DNA of 64,000 nucleotides from Escherichia coli (GTDB lineage Bacteria; Pseudomonadota; Gammaproteobacteria; Enterobacterales; Enterobacteriaceae): NCBI RefSeq assembly GCF_030384885.1, contig NZ_CP128613.1; one strand, 5' to 3'. Shown piece by piece: positions 17,341 to 28,893 of this stretch (position 1 is its first letter; each line of letters starts with the position of its first letter). The notes under the pieces were generated by a model. It saw only the letters and a program-made list of their open reading frames with translations, ran no database searches and was not told where the DNA came from. The position numbers and the translations under genes were made by a program.

Positions 17341-18222
17341 TCGATAATAAATTGTGTGATTCATAGACATCGTTTCAATTTTCTCAGCTCAAGTTCAAGC
17401 TGGTTATTCTGTTCCTGTATATGCTCCTCATTGGGCTGATAGTTTGCGTGAACGGCATCAGAGTATGGCGTTTTCTTAGCAAGTTCAAAGTAGCGCGCCA
17501 TCGGAGTTATCAGCCACCCACAGCTGGTCAGGATGTTCTGCCACGAACTGACGATTCACACAGTCGCCTGCGGCAACGACTTTCCTGCTGACTGTAAACA
17601 GAACGACGGTCGGCGGTGAAATAACGGTCTTTGCCCTCACCTACGCCATGGCCCAGCGCCCGGCTCATGTCGTACATCACGTTAGTAGCCATCGCTTTCA
17701 CGCGGGCATCCATTGCGGCGTCGTTCAAAACCATACCTCCCCAGCCGCAAATACCGGGTAACCTGATACTTCACAATAAGATTGGTGCGTGGATGATAGA
17801 TTGCCAAATAATAATCCATCAAGAAATAATGACAACAAAAAACATCAAGCATTCCTAATGTTATTTGGCCATATAAAACATTAATAACTCTTGACCTTTC
17901 CTGACATTTTCCATATTCGCAATCATATTCTGTTTAGACGTTGTTTATAAACATCATGCATAATGAAATCGTCATGTTATTTGGCGATATAAAAAAGTCT
18001 TTGAAAATACTCTCTACAACAAGTGCAGTTATAAGCTTGTTGTGACTGAGCGTCCTTGTGATTTAAAGATATTATCGTTCTTCATCAGATGTAATAACTC
18101 AGGAAATTATATTTTCAGGGTGACAGGCTAATCAAGAATGATTCTTTTTTATAAGCAATAACCGAATGACTGAATTGTTATATTTCTTTATTCAGCTGCT
18201 TAAATATAAACTTTGGAGAATT

Positions 18223-18786
18223 ATGAAACTCAAACATGTCGGAATGATTGTCGTTTCTGTGTTGGCGATGTCTTCGGCTGCGGTTAACGCAGCCGAAGGT
18301 GATGAGTCAGTTGCGACCACCGTAAATGGCGGTGTTATTCATTTTAAAGGTGAAGTGGTAAATGCAGCTTGTGCGATTGACTCAGAATCAATGAACCAAA
18401 CGGTTGAGCTGGGTCAGGTCCGTTCTTCTCGCCTGGCTAAAGCGGGTGACCTCAGTAGCGCTGTAGGCTTCAATATCAAGCTGAATGATTGTGATACCAA
18501 TGTTTCCAGTAATGCGGCTGTTGCATTCCTTGGGACTACTGTCACCAGTAATGACGATACGTTGGCGCTTCAGAGTTCAGCGGCAGGCTCTGCCCAGAAT
18601 GTCGGTATCCAAATTTTGGACCGTACGGGGGAGGTATTAATACTGGATGGGGCAACTTTTAGCGCTAAAACTGACTTGATTGATGGCACGAATATACTGC
18701 CATTCCAGGCTCGTTATATTGCCCTCGGGCAGTCAGTGGCCGGTACTGCAAATGCAGATGCGACCTTCAAAGTCCAATACCTATAA
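18223..18786 (+). CDS. Fimbrial major subunit (type 1 / F9-like)
   Basis: Signal peptide [23 protein letters not shown], Cys pair, C-terminal ...FKVQYL donor-strand-type end; GGAG RBS before ATG 18223. Confidence 0.85.
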   Translation: MKLKHVGMIVVSVLAMSSAAVNAAEGDESVATTVNGGVIHFKGEVVNAACAIDSESMNQTVELGQVRSSRLAKAGDLSSAVGFNIKLNDCDTNVSSNAAVAFLGTTVTSNDDTLALQSSAAGSAQNVGIQILDRTGEVLILDGATFSAKTDLIDGTNILPFQARYIALGQSVAGTANADATFKVQYL

Positions 18787-19147
18787 TTGAGTATTCAGGT
18801 GGCTATACGTCATCTGAAATTAAAACAGGGTGTGTGTGGCATGGCTACTCACACCCGAAAAAATTCATCAATGTTTATCTCATTATTACTAAGGAATGAC
18901 TTATATTTTGGAACGATATGAAAAAATCATAGAGTATCTAAACGATTAATAAACAAGGCAGTTAAAATTACTGTGATTTTAAAAATCACTCTGAAGACAA
19001 TTTTTTATTTCAATAGAGAACCAAGTTTTATTACCAGCGCATTAAGTCTGGAAACCCGGCCATCCGCCATAGCATTAGCAATATTTACCATTTTCTGATG
19101 TGACGGTTTCCCCCGCTTAGCCTATCAACACATGGAGAACACATCAG

Positions 19148-19858
19148 ATGCAGACGACTCGTACGCCCTACTCTGTTTCTTTTATGGCGACAGTATTACT
19201 TTCATTGGTCTTTCTTTGCCATAGTACCATTGCCAATGCAGCGGTAGCTCTAGGTGCAACTCGTGTAATCTTTCCAGCAAATCAGAAACAGGTTTTATTG
19301 CCTGTCACGAATAATGATCCTGCCAGTGTCTATCTTATTCAGTCATGGATAGAAAATGCGGGTGACCAAAAAGATACCCAGTTTGTCATTACCCCACCGC
19401 TTTTTTCGATGCAAGGCAAAAAAGAGAATACGCTGCGGATTATCAACGCCACTAATCATCAGTTACCGAGCGACCGGGAAAGCCTGTTTTGGGTAAATGT
19501 CAAAGCTATTCCTGCTATGGAAAAAGATCAGAAAAATGCAAATACATTACAGCTCGCAATTATTAGCCGCATAAAAATGTTCTATCGCCCAACGAATTTG
19601 GCAATGGCACCTGACCAAGCTCCGGAAATGCTTCGTTTCCGCCGCAGTGGTAGCAAACTGACACTTATTAATCCGACCCCCTACTTCATTACCGTAACGA
19701 ATATGAAAGCAGGAAATAACGATCTCCCAAACACCATGGTGCCTCCAAAAGGTGAGATTTCTGTGGATATCCCTCATGGTGCATCCGGGGATATCAGCTT
19801 TCAGACGATCAATGATTACGGTGCATTAACACCGCGTATTAAGGCAACCATGCAGTAA
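19148..19858 (+). CDS. Periplasmic fimbrial chaperone (PapD/FimC-like)
   Basis: 236 aa with signal peptide; position second in chaperone-usher operon. Confidence 0.85.
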   Translation: MQTTRTPYSVSFMATVLLSLVFLCHSTIANAAVALGATRVIFPANQKQVLLPVTNNDPASVYLIQSWIENAGDQKDTQFVITPPLFSMQGKKENTLRIINATNHQLPSDRESLFWVNVKAIPAMEKDQKNANTLQLAIISRIKMFYRPTNLAMAPDQAPEMLRFRRSGSKLTLINPTPYFITVTNMKAGNNDLPNTMVPPKGEISVDIPHGASGDISFQTINDYGALTPRIKATMQ

Positions 19859-19901
19859 CAACTGACCTAATTAATAAGCATAAACTCAATCGGAACTAAT
19901 A

Positions 19902-22553
19902 ATGACAGCCTTTCGTGCCGCATTTAAGGCATATCGTATGCATCATGTGTTACTACTGCCTCGCTTTGCACGGCTTACCTTTGCCCTTGGCTTAGCTACA
20001 GCGGTTTTTCCCGTAGAAGCAGAGTATTATTTTAATCCACGGTTTTTAAGCAATGATCTTGCTGAGTCTGTTGATTTATCTGCCTTTGCTAAGGGACGCG
20101 AGGCACCACCTGGTACATATCGGGTCGATATTTATTTGAACGACGAATTTATGACCACTCGGGATGTTACTTTTGTTGCAGATGATAATAACGCAGATCT
20201 CACCCCATGTCTGAGTACAGACCTTCTTGTCAGTCTTGGCATAAAAAAATCAGCGTTATTAGCCAATAAGGACCATTTGGCAGGAAAAAATGTGCCGGAT
20301 AACAACGCATGTACACCACTTCAGGATCGTTTGGCTGATGCATCTACTGAGTTTGATGTTGGTCAGCAACATCTGTCGCTCTCCGTTCCGCAGATTTATG
20401 TCGGCAGAATGGCCCGTGGTTATGTCTCTCCTGACCTGTGGGAAGAAGGAATAAACGCAGGCCTACTGAACTATAGTTTTAATGGTAATTCTATCAACAA
20501 TCGTAGTAACCATAACGCCAGCAAAACCAACTATGCATATCTGAATTTGCAGAGTGGCATCAACATTGGCAGCTGGCGACTACGTGATAACTCAACGTGG
20601 AGTTATAACAGTGGGAGTAACAACCCATCTGACAGCAATAAATGGCAACATATCAATACGTCTGCTGAACGTGACATTATTCCCTTACGCTCACGGTTAA
20701 CGGTGGGTGATAGTTATACCGATGGCGATATTTTTGAAAGTGTGAACTTTCGTGGCCTTAAAATAAACTCAACGGAAGCGATGTTGCCCGATAGCCAACA
20801 TGGTTTTGCTCCGGTGATTCATGGTATAGCCCGTGGCACAGCCCAAGTCAGTGTTAAACAGAACGGATACGATGTTTATCAGACTACGGTCCCTCCCGGC
20901 CCTTTTACTATTGATGATATTAACTCTGCGGCTAATGGCGGTGATCTGCAAGTTACGATAAAAGAGGCAGACGGCAGTATTCAGACTTTATATGTCCCTT
21001 ATTCATCTGTCCCGGTTCTCCAACGTGCTGGTTATACGCGTTATGCACTTGCCTTGGGAGAATATCGTAGTGGAAATAACCTGCAAAGCTCCCCAAAATT
21101 CATTCAGGGCAGCGTAATGCATGGTCTGGAGGGAAACTGGACACCTTATGGCGGGATGCAAATTGCAGAAGATTATCAAGCTTTCAACGTGGGTATTGGT
21201 AAAGATCTTGGCCTTTTAGGTGCCTTTTCTGTCGATATCACGCAAGCCAATACGACACTTGCGGATGATACTCGTCACAGCGGACAATCGGTAAAATCTG
21301 TTTACAGTAAATCTTTCTATCAGACGGGAACGAATATCCAGGTCGCAGGATATCGATATTCTACGCAAGGATTTTATAACTTATCTGACAGTGCATACAG
21401 TCGAATGAGTGGTTACACCGTCAAGCCTCCGACCGTAGACACCAATGAACAGATACAATTTATTGATTATTTTAATCTGTACTATAGTAAGCGTGGTCAG
21501 GAACAAATAAGTATTTCCCAGCAGCTTGGAAATTACGGTACGACCTTTTTCAGTGCCAGTCGCCAAAGTTACTGGAACACGTCACGCAGCGATCAGCAAA
21601 TATCATTCGGGTTAAATGTACCGTTTGGCGATATTACGACTTCGCTGAATTACAGCTATTCCAGTAATATATGGCAAAACGATCGGGATCATTTACTCGC
21701 TTTTACACTTAATGTTCCCTTCAGTCATTGGATGCGTACAGACAGTCAGTCGGCATTTCGTAATTCAAACGCTAGTTATAGCATGTCAAACGATTTGAAA
21801 GGTGGTATGACCAATCTATCTGGGGTTTATGGCACACTGCTGCCGGATAATAACCTGAATTATAGTGTTCAGGTCGGTAATACCCGCGGAGGTAATGCAT
21901 CATCTGGCACCAGTGGTTACAGTTCTCTTAATTATCGAGGGGCTTACGGTAATACTAATGTCGGTTACAGTCGTAATGGCGATAGCAACCAGATTTACTA
22001 CGGAATGAGTGGTGGAATTATTGCTCATGCTGATGGTGTCACCTTTGGACAGCCGATGGGCGACACTATGGTTCTGGTTAAGGCTCCTGGCGCGGAGAAT
22101 GTTAAAATAGAGAACCAGACAGGAATACATACAGACTGGCGTGGCTATGCAATATTACCATTTGCGACAGAATATAGAGAAAATCGTGTCGCTCTTAACG
22201 CTAATTCCCTTGCCGATAATGTTGAACTGGATGAAACCGTTGTCACGGTCATCCCTACTCATGGTGCTATTGCCAGAGCAACATTTAATGCACAAATCGG
22301 CGGTAAAGTATTAATGACTCTGAAATACGGCAATAAACCAGTTCCATTCGGTGCAATTGTGACTCACGGTGACAATAACAATGGCAGCATTGTTGCTGAA
22401 AATGGTCAGGTCTATCTTACAGGACTTCCACAATCAGGAAAATTACAGGTTTCATGGGGCAACAATGCAAACGCTAAATGTGTTGTTAATTACAAGCTTC
22501 CTGAAGTCTCTCCTGGGAACTTACTGAGTCAGCAAACAGCAGTCTGTCGCTAA
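19902..22553 (+). CDS. ydeT: Fimbrial outer-membrane usher (intact, 883 aa)
   Basis: Usher size and position; K-12 ydeT is recalled as a truncated usher, here full-length. Start may be the internal ATG at 19938. Confidence 0.8.
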   Translation: MTAFRAAFKAYRMHHVLLLPRFARLTFALGLATAVFPVEAEYYFNPRFLSNDLAESVDLSAFAKGREAPPGTYRVDIYLNDEFMTTRDVTFVADDNNADLTPCLSTDLLVSLGIKKSALLANKDHLAGKNVPDNNACTPLQDRLADASTEFDVGQQHLSLSVPQIYVGRMARGYVSPDLWEEGINAGLLNYSFNGNSINNRSNHNASKTNYAYLNLQSGINIGSWRLRDNSTWSYNSGSNNPSDSNKWQHINTSAERDIIPLRSRLTVGDSYTDGDIFESVNFRGLKINSTEAMLPDSQHGFAPVIHGIARGTAQVSVKQNGYDVYQTTVPPGPFTIDDINSAANGGDLQVTIKEADGSIQTLYVPYSSVPVLQRAGYTRYALALGEYRSGNNLQSSPKFIQGSVMHGLEGNWTPYGGMQIAEDYQAFNVGIGKDLGLLGAFSVDITQANTTLADDTRHSGQSVKSVYSKSFYQTGTNIQVAGYRYSTQGFYNLSDSAYSRMSGYTVKPPTVDTNEQIQFIDYFNLYYSKRGQEQISISQQLGNYGTTFFSASRQSYWNTSRSDQQISFGLNVPFGDITTSLNYSYSSNIWQNDRDHLLAFTLNVPFSHWMRTDSQSAFRNSNASYSMSNDLKGGMTNLSGVYGTLLPDNNLNYSVQVGNTRGGNASSGTSGYSSLNYRGAYGNTNVGYSRNGDSNQIYYGMSGGIIAHADGVTFGQPMGDTMVLVKAPGAENVKIENQTGIHTDWRGYAILPFATEYRENRVALNANSLADNVELDETVVTVIPTHGAIARATFNAQIGGKVLMTLKYGNKPVPFGAIVTHGDNNNGSIVAENGQVYLTGLPQSGKLQVSWGNNANAKCVVNYKLPEVSPGNLLSQQTAVCR

Positions 22554-22566
22554 GGAACACTAGGTT

Positions 22567-23097
22567 ATGAAACACAATAGCATTATTTTCCTCGGTTTAT
22601 GTCTGGGGTTAACCACCTATTCTGCTTTATCTGCAGATAGCGTTATTAAAATTAGCGGGCGCGTCCTGGATTATGGCTGCACAGTTTCATCTGATTCGCT
22701 TAATTTTACCGTAGACCTACAAAAACACAGTGCCAGGCAATTCCCAACGACTGGAAGCACAAGTCCAACCGTTCCTTTCCAGATTACGTTAAGTGAATGT
22801 AGCAAAGGGACAACAGGGGTTCGGGTTGCATTTAGCGGGATAGAGGATTTAGAAAATAATACTCTGCTGAAACTGGATGAAGGAAGCAATTCTGCTTCCG
22901 GTTTGGGTATTGAAATTCTGGACGGAAATATGCGCCCAGTAAAATTAAATGACCTTCATACCGGAATGCAGTGGATCCCTCTGACTCCTGATCAGGATAA
23001 TATTTTGCCTTACTCGGCCCGTTTGAAGTCAACACAAAAGTCCGTCAATCCAGGACTGGTTAGCGCTTCGGCAACATTTACCCTTGAATTTCAATAA
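22567..23097 (+). CDS. ydeS: Fimbrial minor subunit (176 aa)
   Basis: Fimbrial subunit features; length matches recalled K-12 YdeS. Confidence 0.75.
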   Translation: MKHNSIIFLGLCLGLTTYSALSADSVIKISGRVLDYGCTVSSDSLNFTVDLQKHSARQFPTTGSTSPTVPFQITLSECSKGTTGVRVAFSGIEDLENNTLLKLDEGSNSASGLGIEILDGNMRPVKLNDLHTGMQWIPLTPDQDNILPYSARLKSTQKSVNPGLVSASATFTLEFQ

Positions 23098-23109
23098 TCA
23101 GAGTGAGAT

Positions 23110-23613
23110 ATGAATAGAACTTTCCAAAGACTTCTGTTGGCTACGCTCTGTGCGCTATTTTCGGCAACTCTCCAGGCCGCTGATGTCACTATCACTGTTA
23201 ATGGTCGGGTAGTTGCTAAACCCTGCACTATTCAAACCAAAGAAGCTAGCGTTAATCTCGGGGATCTTTATACACGCAATCTGCAACAACCAGGTTCTGC
23301 ATCTGGCTGGCACGATATTACTTTGTCATTAACCGATTGTCCGATTGAAACAAGTGCAGTGACGGCAATCGTAACAGGTTCAACTGACAATACGGGTTAT
23401 TACAAAAATGAAGGTAGTGCCGAAAATATTCAAATAGAGCTGAGGGATGATCAGGAGGCGACGTTAAAAAGTGGCGATAGCAAAACGGTTATTGTTGATG
23501 AGATCACACGTAATGCACAGTTTCCACTTAAGGCAAGAGCTATCACGGTGAATGGAAACGCAAGCCAGGGAACGATCGAGGCGCTAATCAATGTGATCTA
23601 TACATGGCAATAA
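23110..23613 (+). CDS. ydeR: Fimbrial minor subunit (167 aa)
   Basis: Fimbrial subunit features; length matches recalled K-12 YdeR. Confidence 0.75.
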   Translation: MNRTFQRLLLATLCALFSATLQAADVTITVNGRVVAKPCTIQTKEASVNLGDLYTRNLQQPGSASGWHDITLSLTDCPIETSAVTAIVTGSTDNTGYYKNEGSAENIQIELRDDQEATLKSGDSKTVIVDEITRNAQFPLKARAITVNGNASQGTIEALINVIYTWQ

Positions 23614-23671
23614 CATCGATTCGATTTTATAAGCCTCTTTTTTAAATCAATTTTTAACCTAAGGATTTATC

Positions 23672-24586
23672 ATGGGAAAAAAAATTAGTATAAATGTCCT
23701 GTTCTGTATTTATTTTCTTTTGATGGCAGGTAAAGTCTTCGCCTTCAGTTGTAATGTTGATGGTGGGTCAAGTATTGGCGCAGGTACAACTTCTGTGTAT
23801 GTTAATCTCGATCCTGTCATTCAACCAGGTCAAAATCTGGTTGTAGATTTGTCTCAGCATATAAGTTGCTGGAATGATTACGGCGGCTGGTACGACACAG
23901 ATCATATTAACTTAGTACAAGGCTCAGCTTTCGCAGGCTCCCTACAGTCATATAAAGGATCGCTGTACTGGAATAATGTGACCTACCCCTTTCCGTTGAC
24001 GACAAATACCAACGTGCTGGATATTGGTGATAAGACACCGATGCCCTTACCGTTAAAACTCTATATTACCCCTGTCGGGGCGGCCGGTGGCGTTGTCATA
24101 AACGCGGGAGAAGTTATTGCTCGCATTCATATGTATAAAATTGCAACGTTAGGAAGTGGAAATCCGCGTAACTTTACATGGAATATTATTTCAAATAACA
24201 GTGTTGTTATGCCAACGGGCGGCTGTACCGTTGATAGTCGTAATGTCACAGTGAGTCTCCCGGACTTTCCTGGAAGCGCAGAAATACCCTTGGGCGTATA
24301 TTGCTCAAGTGAGCAAAAGCTCTCATTTTATCTTTCGGGCGCTACCACTGACAGTGCCCGACAAGTGTTTGCTAATACAGCACCTGACGCAACAAAAGCA
24401 TCAGGAGTCGGTGTCTCCCTGATGCGTAATGGAAAAATACTGGCTACGGGAGAAAATGTCTCCCTGGGAACTGTAAATAAAAGCAAAGTACCCCTGGGCT
24501 TAAGTGCAACTTATGGACAGACAGGAAGCAAGGTCGCAGCTGGAGCAGTACAGTCAGTCATTGGCGTTACATTTATCTATGAATAA
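23672..24586 (+). CDS. ydeQ: FimH-like two-domain fimbrial tip adhesin (304 aa)
   Basis: Aligns by eye along recalled FimH ([20 protein letters not shown] vs [20 protein letters not shown]; C-terminal IGVTFIYE vs IGVTFVYQ). Confidence 0.8.
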   Translation: MGKKISINVLFCIYFLLMAGKVFAFSCNVDGGSSIGAGTTSVYVNLDPVIQPGQNLVVDLSQHISCWNDYGGWYDTDHINLVQGSAFAGSLQSYKGSLYWNNVTYPFPLTTNTNVLDIGDKTPMPLPLKLYITPVGAAGGVVINAGEVIARIHMYKIATLGSGNPRNFTWNIISNNSVVMPTGGCTVDSRNVTVSLPDFPGSAEIPLGVYCSSEQKLSFYLSGATTDSARQVFANTAPDATKASGVGVSLMRNGKILATGENVSLGTVNKSKVPLGLSATYGQTGSKVAAGAVQSVIGVTFIYE

Positions 24587-24670
24587 TTGTGATGTTGACC
24601 CTGTTATACTTTAGGTTGTGCTTTCCATTCACTAAAATTACGCGGATAATTCTTTCCTGAAAGAAATTAT

Positions 24671-24693
24671 CCTACACCTGTAAGAAAATCCGC
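24671..24693 (+). promoter_or_regulatory. EvgA-box-like inverted repeat upstream of ydeP
   Basis: CCTACA-CC-TGTAAGAA resembles recalled EvgA consensus TTCYTACA-N2-TGTARGAA; near-identical element upstream of safA. Confidence 0.55.
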
Positions 24694-24934
24694 GCACAAT
24701 TGAAGTCAGAGTCTTATTTTATATATTGAAAAGTATGTTAACTTAAAGACTATGAGAGATGATGCTTAACTTATCGCATTTATACTATTCTGTTATGTGA
24801 CGATAATGAGTTAAAAATAGAATGAGAGTAGCCCCCTACTCTCATATATCCAAATGGCCGATAAACCCATTATATATACTGCGCATCATCGCTATTACAA
24901 ATCCTAATAATTCATTTCCACACAGGATAAGCTG

Positions 24935-27214
24935 ATGAAGAAAAAAATTGAATCCTACCAGGGAGCTGCCGGTGGTTGGGGGGCTGTCAAATCTGTAGCG
25001 AATGCAGTCCGTAAGCAGATGGATATACGCCAGGAAGTGATTGCCATGTTTGACATGAATAAGCCAGAAGGCTTTGACTGTCCAGGATGTGCATGGCCAG
25101 ATCCTAAGCACAGCGCGTCATTCGACATTTGTGAAAACGGCGCAAAAGCAATCGCCTGGGAAGTCACCGATAAGCAGGTGAATGCCTCTTTTTTCGCTGA
25201 GAATACGGTTCAATCATTACTTACCTGGGGAGATCACGAACTCGAGGCTGCGGGGCGTCTCACTCAACCTTTGAAATATGATGCCGTCAGCGACTGTTAC
25301 CAGCCATTAAGCTGGCAACAAGCTTTCGACGAAATTGGCGCACGTCTTCAAAGTTATAGTGATCCAAATCAGGTTGAATTCTATACTTCGGGCCGCACTT
25401 CCAATGAAGCTGCCTTTCTTTATCAGCTTTTTGCCCGTGAATACGGTACCAATAACTTTCCCGACTGCTCAAACATGTGCCATGAACCGACCAGCGTGGG
25501 TTTGGCAGCGAGTATCGGCGTGGGTAAAGGGACCGTGTTACTGGAAGACTTTGAGAAATGCGATTTAGTAATTTGCATTGGGCATAACCCTGGTACAAAC
25601 CACCCTCGCATGCTGACTTCGTTGCGCGCTTTAGTGAAACGGGGAGCGAAAATGATTGCCATCAATCCTCTGCAGGAGCGTGGCCTGGAGCGATTTACCG
25701 CACCACAGAACCCGTTTGAAATGCTGACGAACTCCGAGACTCAATTGGCTAGTGCTTACTATAATGTGCGCATTGGTGGCGATATGGCGTTGCTAAAGGG
25801 GATGATGCGCCTGTTAATTGAGCGCGATGATGCTGCAAGTGCTGCGGGTCGGCCCTCATTGCTGGATGACGAATTCATTCAAACGCATACCGTCGGCTTT
25901 GACGAGCTACGCCGTGACGTTCTCAATTCCGAGTGGAAAGATATCGAACGTATTTCTGGACTAAGTCAGACACAAATCGCCGAACTTGCTGATGCATATG
26001 CCGCTGCCGAACGAACCATTATCTGTTACGGAATGGGGATCACTCAGCACGAACATGGTACCCAGAACGTACAGCAACTTGTCAATCTGCTGTTGATGAA
26101 AGGTAACATTGGCAAGCCTGGTGCGGGTATCTGCCCACTACGTGGTCACTCTAATGTACAGGGCGACCGAACCGTCGGTATCACCGAGAAACCGTCTGCC
26201 GAGTTTCTGGCTCGCCTGGGTGAGCGCTATGGCTTCACCCCACCTCATGCACCTGGACATGCTGCAATCGCCAGCATGCAAGCAATATGTACGGGGCAAG
26301 CTCGAGCATTGATCTGCATGGGGGGCAACTTTGCACTGGCAATGCCAGATCGGGAAGCGAGCGCTGTACCGTTAACGCAATTAGATCTGGCGGTACACGT
26401 TGCCACAAAGCTTAACCGCTCTCATCTGCTGACCGCACGGCATAGCTATATTCTGCCGGTTCTGGGACGTAGCGAGATTGACATGCAAAAAAGCGGTGCG
26501 CAGGCGGTAACCGTTGAGGATTCAATGTCAATGATTCATGCCTCGCGTGGCGTGTTAAAACCCGCAGGTGTCATGCTGAAATCAGAGTGTGCTGTGGTCG
26601 CGGGAATCGCGCAGGCAGCGCTCCCTCAGAGCGTGGTGGCCTGGGAGCATCTGGTGGAAGATTATGATCGCATTCGCAATGACATTGAAGCTGTGCTGCC
26701 AGAGTTCGCCGACTATAACCAGCGCATCCGCCATCCTGGTGGTTTTCACCTGATAAACGCAGCTGCTGAAAGGCGCTGGCTGACGTCGTCAGGTAAGGCT
26801 AATTTCATTACCAGCAAAGGGCTGTTAGAAGATCCCTCTTCGGCGTTTAACAGTAAGCTGGTCATGGCGACAGTACGCAGTCACGATCAGTACAACACGA
26901 CGATTTATGGTATGGATGATCGCTATCGAGGGGTATTCGGTCAACGAGATGTGGTCTTTATGAGTGCTAAACAAGCTAAAATTTGCCGTGTAAAAAACGG
27001 CGAAAGAGTTAATCTTATTGCGCTTACGCCAGATGGTAAGCGCAGCTCACGCCGCATGGATAGATTAAAAGTGGTCATTTACCCTATGGCTGACCGCTCA
27101 CTGGTGACCTATTTTCCAGAATCGAATCACATGCTAACACTTGATAACCACGATCCATTAAGTGGCATTCCTGGCTATAAAAGTATTCCGGTTGAATTAG
27201 AACCATCAAATTAA
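24935..27214 (+). CDS. ydeP: Acid-resistance oxidoreductase YdeP (molybdopterin, formate-dehydrogenase-like)
   Basis: 759 aa, matches recalled K-12 YdeP length and conserved position next to safA-ydeO. Confidence 0.9.
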   Translation: MKKKIESYQGAAGGWGAVKSVANAVRKQMDIRQEVIAMFDMNKPEGFDCPGCAWPDPKHSASFDICENGAKAIAWEVTDKQVNASFFAENTVQSLLTWGDHELEAAGRLTQPLKYDAVSDCYQPLSWQQAFDEIGARLQSYSDPNQVEFYTSGRTSNEAAFLYQLFAREYGTNNFPDCSNMCHEPTSVGLAASIGVGKGTVLLEDFEKCDLVICIGHNPGTNHPRMLTSLRALVKRGAKMIAINPLQERGLERFTAPQNPFEMLTNSETQLASAYYNVRIGGDMALLKGMMRLLIERDDAASAAGRPSLLDDEFIQTHTVGFDELRRDVLNSEWKDIERISGLSQTQIAELADAYAAAERTIICYGMGITQHEHGTQNVQQLVNLLLMKGNIGKPGAGICPLRGHSNVQGDRTVGITEKPSAEFLARLGERYGFTPPHAPGHAAIASMQAICTGQARALICMGGNFALAMPDREASAVPLTQLDLAVHVATKLNRSHLLTARHSYILPVLGRSEIDMQKSGAQAVTVEDSMSMIHASRGVLKPAGVMLKSECAVVAGIAQAALPQSVVAWEHLVEDYDRIRNDIEAVLPEFADYNQRIRHPGGFHLINAAAERRWLTSSGKANFITSKGLLEDPSSAFNSKLVMATVRSHDQYNTTIYGMDDRYRGVFGQRDVVFMSAKQAKICRVKNGERVNLIALTPDGKRSSRRMDRLKVVIYPMADRSLVTYFPESNHMLTLDNHDPLSGIPGYKSIPVELEPSN

Positions 27215-27334
27215 TTCGCCTCCTCATTTCTTCTGCTGTCATCCGCACAGCAGAAGAATTCCTCATTGACCATTGTCGCGCAATTTACTCACATGTGCTA
27301 AATTAAACTGCTCGCTATAAGATATATACCTCTG

Positions 27335-27357
27335 CCTACAGCTGTAAGAAACTCCGC
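27335..27357 (+). promoter_or_regulatory. EvgA-box-like inverted repeat upstream of safA-ydeO
   Basis: CCTACA-GC-TGTAAGAA followed by CTCCGC, paralleling the ydeP upstream element. Confidence 0.55.
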
Positions 27358-27461
27358 TCAGTACTGAAGCACCAGTCCTATTTCCTCTTTTTTCCAGCCT
27401 GTTATATTAAGCATACTGATTAACGATTTTTAACGTTATCCGCTAAATAAACATATTTGAA

Positions 27462-27659
27462 ATGCATGCGACCACAGTGAAAAACAAAATCACGCAAAGA
27501 GACAACTATAAAGAAATCATGTCTGTAATTGTGGTTGTCTTATTACTGACACTTACGTTGATAGCCATTTTTTCGGCAATTGATCAGCTGGGTATTTCAG
27601 AAATGGGTCGCATTGCAAGAGATCTTACACATTTCATTATCAATAGTTTGCAAGACTGA
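27462..27659 (+). CDS. safA: Small membrane connector protein SafA (EvgS/EvgA to PhoQ/PhoP)
   Basis: 65 aa, single TM segment, directly upstream of ydeO in same orientation. Confidence 0.85.
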   Translation: MHATTVKNKITQRDNYKEIMSVIVVVLLLTLTLIAIFSAIDQLGISEMGRIARDLTHFIINSLQD

Positions 27660-27733
27660 AAATAAACAGCAAATTATAAATATGAAATGTTAAAAAAGTA
27701 TCGATAAAAACTTTATTGTTTTAAGGAGATAAA

Positions 27734-28495
27734 ATGTCGCTCGTTTGTTCTGTTATATTTATTCATCATGCCTTCAACGCTAACATTTTAGATAAAGATT
27801 ACGCCTTCTCTGATGGTGAAATCCTGATGGTAGATAACGCTGTTCGTACGCATTTTGAACCTTATGAGCGGCATTTCAAAGAAATTGGATTTAATGAAAA
27901 CACCATTAAAAAATATCTACAATGCACTAATATTCAGACAGTGACTATGCCTGTTCCTGCGAAGTTTTTACGTGCTTCAAATGTACCAACTGGATTACTT
28001 AATGAAATGATTGCTTATCTCAACTCTGAAGAACGCAATCATCAGAATTTTTCTGAACTTTTGCTTTTTTCTTGCCTGTCTATTTTTGCTGCATGCAAAG
28101 GTTTCATTACATTATTAACTAACGGTGTGCTATCCGTATCAGGGAAAGTGAGAAACATTGTCAATATGAAGCTGGCACACCCATGGAAACTAAAAGATAT
28201 TTGTGATTGCCTGTATATTAGTGAAAGCCTGCTGAAGAAAAAACTAAAGCAAGAGCAAACGACATTCTCACAAATTCTTTTAGATGCCAGAATGCAACAC
28301 GCAAAAAATTTGATACGCGTAGAAGGTTCAGTCAATAAAATTGCCGAAAAATGTGGTTATGCCAGTACATCTTATTTTATTTATGCTTTCCGCAAACATT
28401 TCGGCAACAGTCCAAAGAGAGTTTCAAAGGAGTACCGTTGTCAAAGGCACACGAATATGAACACGGCCAACACGATGAATGCTTTGGCTAATTGA
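27734..28495 (+). CDS. ydeO: AraC-family acid-resistance regulator YdeO
   Basis: 253 aa, AraC-type C-terminal HTH; conserved position. Confidence 0.9.
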   Translation: MSLVCSVIFIHHAFNANILDKDYAFSDGEILMVDNAVRTHFEPYERHFKEIGFNENTIKKYLQCTNIQTVTMPVPAKFLRASNVPTGLLNEMIAYLNSEERNHQNFSELLLFSCLSIFAACKGFITLLTNGVLSVSGKVRNIVNMKLAHPWKLKDICDCLYISESLLKKKLKQEQTTFSQILLDARMQHAKNLIRVEGSVNKIAEKCGYASTSYFIYAFRKHFGNSPKRVSKEYRCQRHTNMNTANTMNALAN

Positions 28496-28893
28496 TTATT
28501 CGCTCACGAATAGTCAACCACACGCTAAGTAAGAATTAAAGGGGCAGCTATTACCTGCCCCAATGTGTCATTACGAATTGTATTTTATGATGAGAATTGG
28601 TGATATACATCACATATTTATGCATCTAAATAATCTGTTTCATGTTTATTTATGATCCCAATGCAATAAATTGCCATCAAAACACATAAATACACTAAAT
28701 ATCAATTAGTTAGATATTTATCATTGAAAAATTACTTAGCTCAACAGAAAGCAATGTCAACGCTTTTTAGACTGTTGTTTCTCTTTTTTTAGCCAGATCT
28801 GCTATCTCTTTATGTGACTCACTTCACTTACATCATCTTATTTCTCTTCGTAAAATTACTTTGGAATTAAGTACAATAAGAAGAGGAACATTT

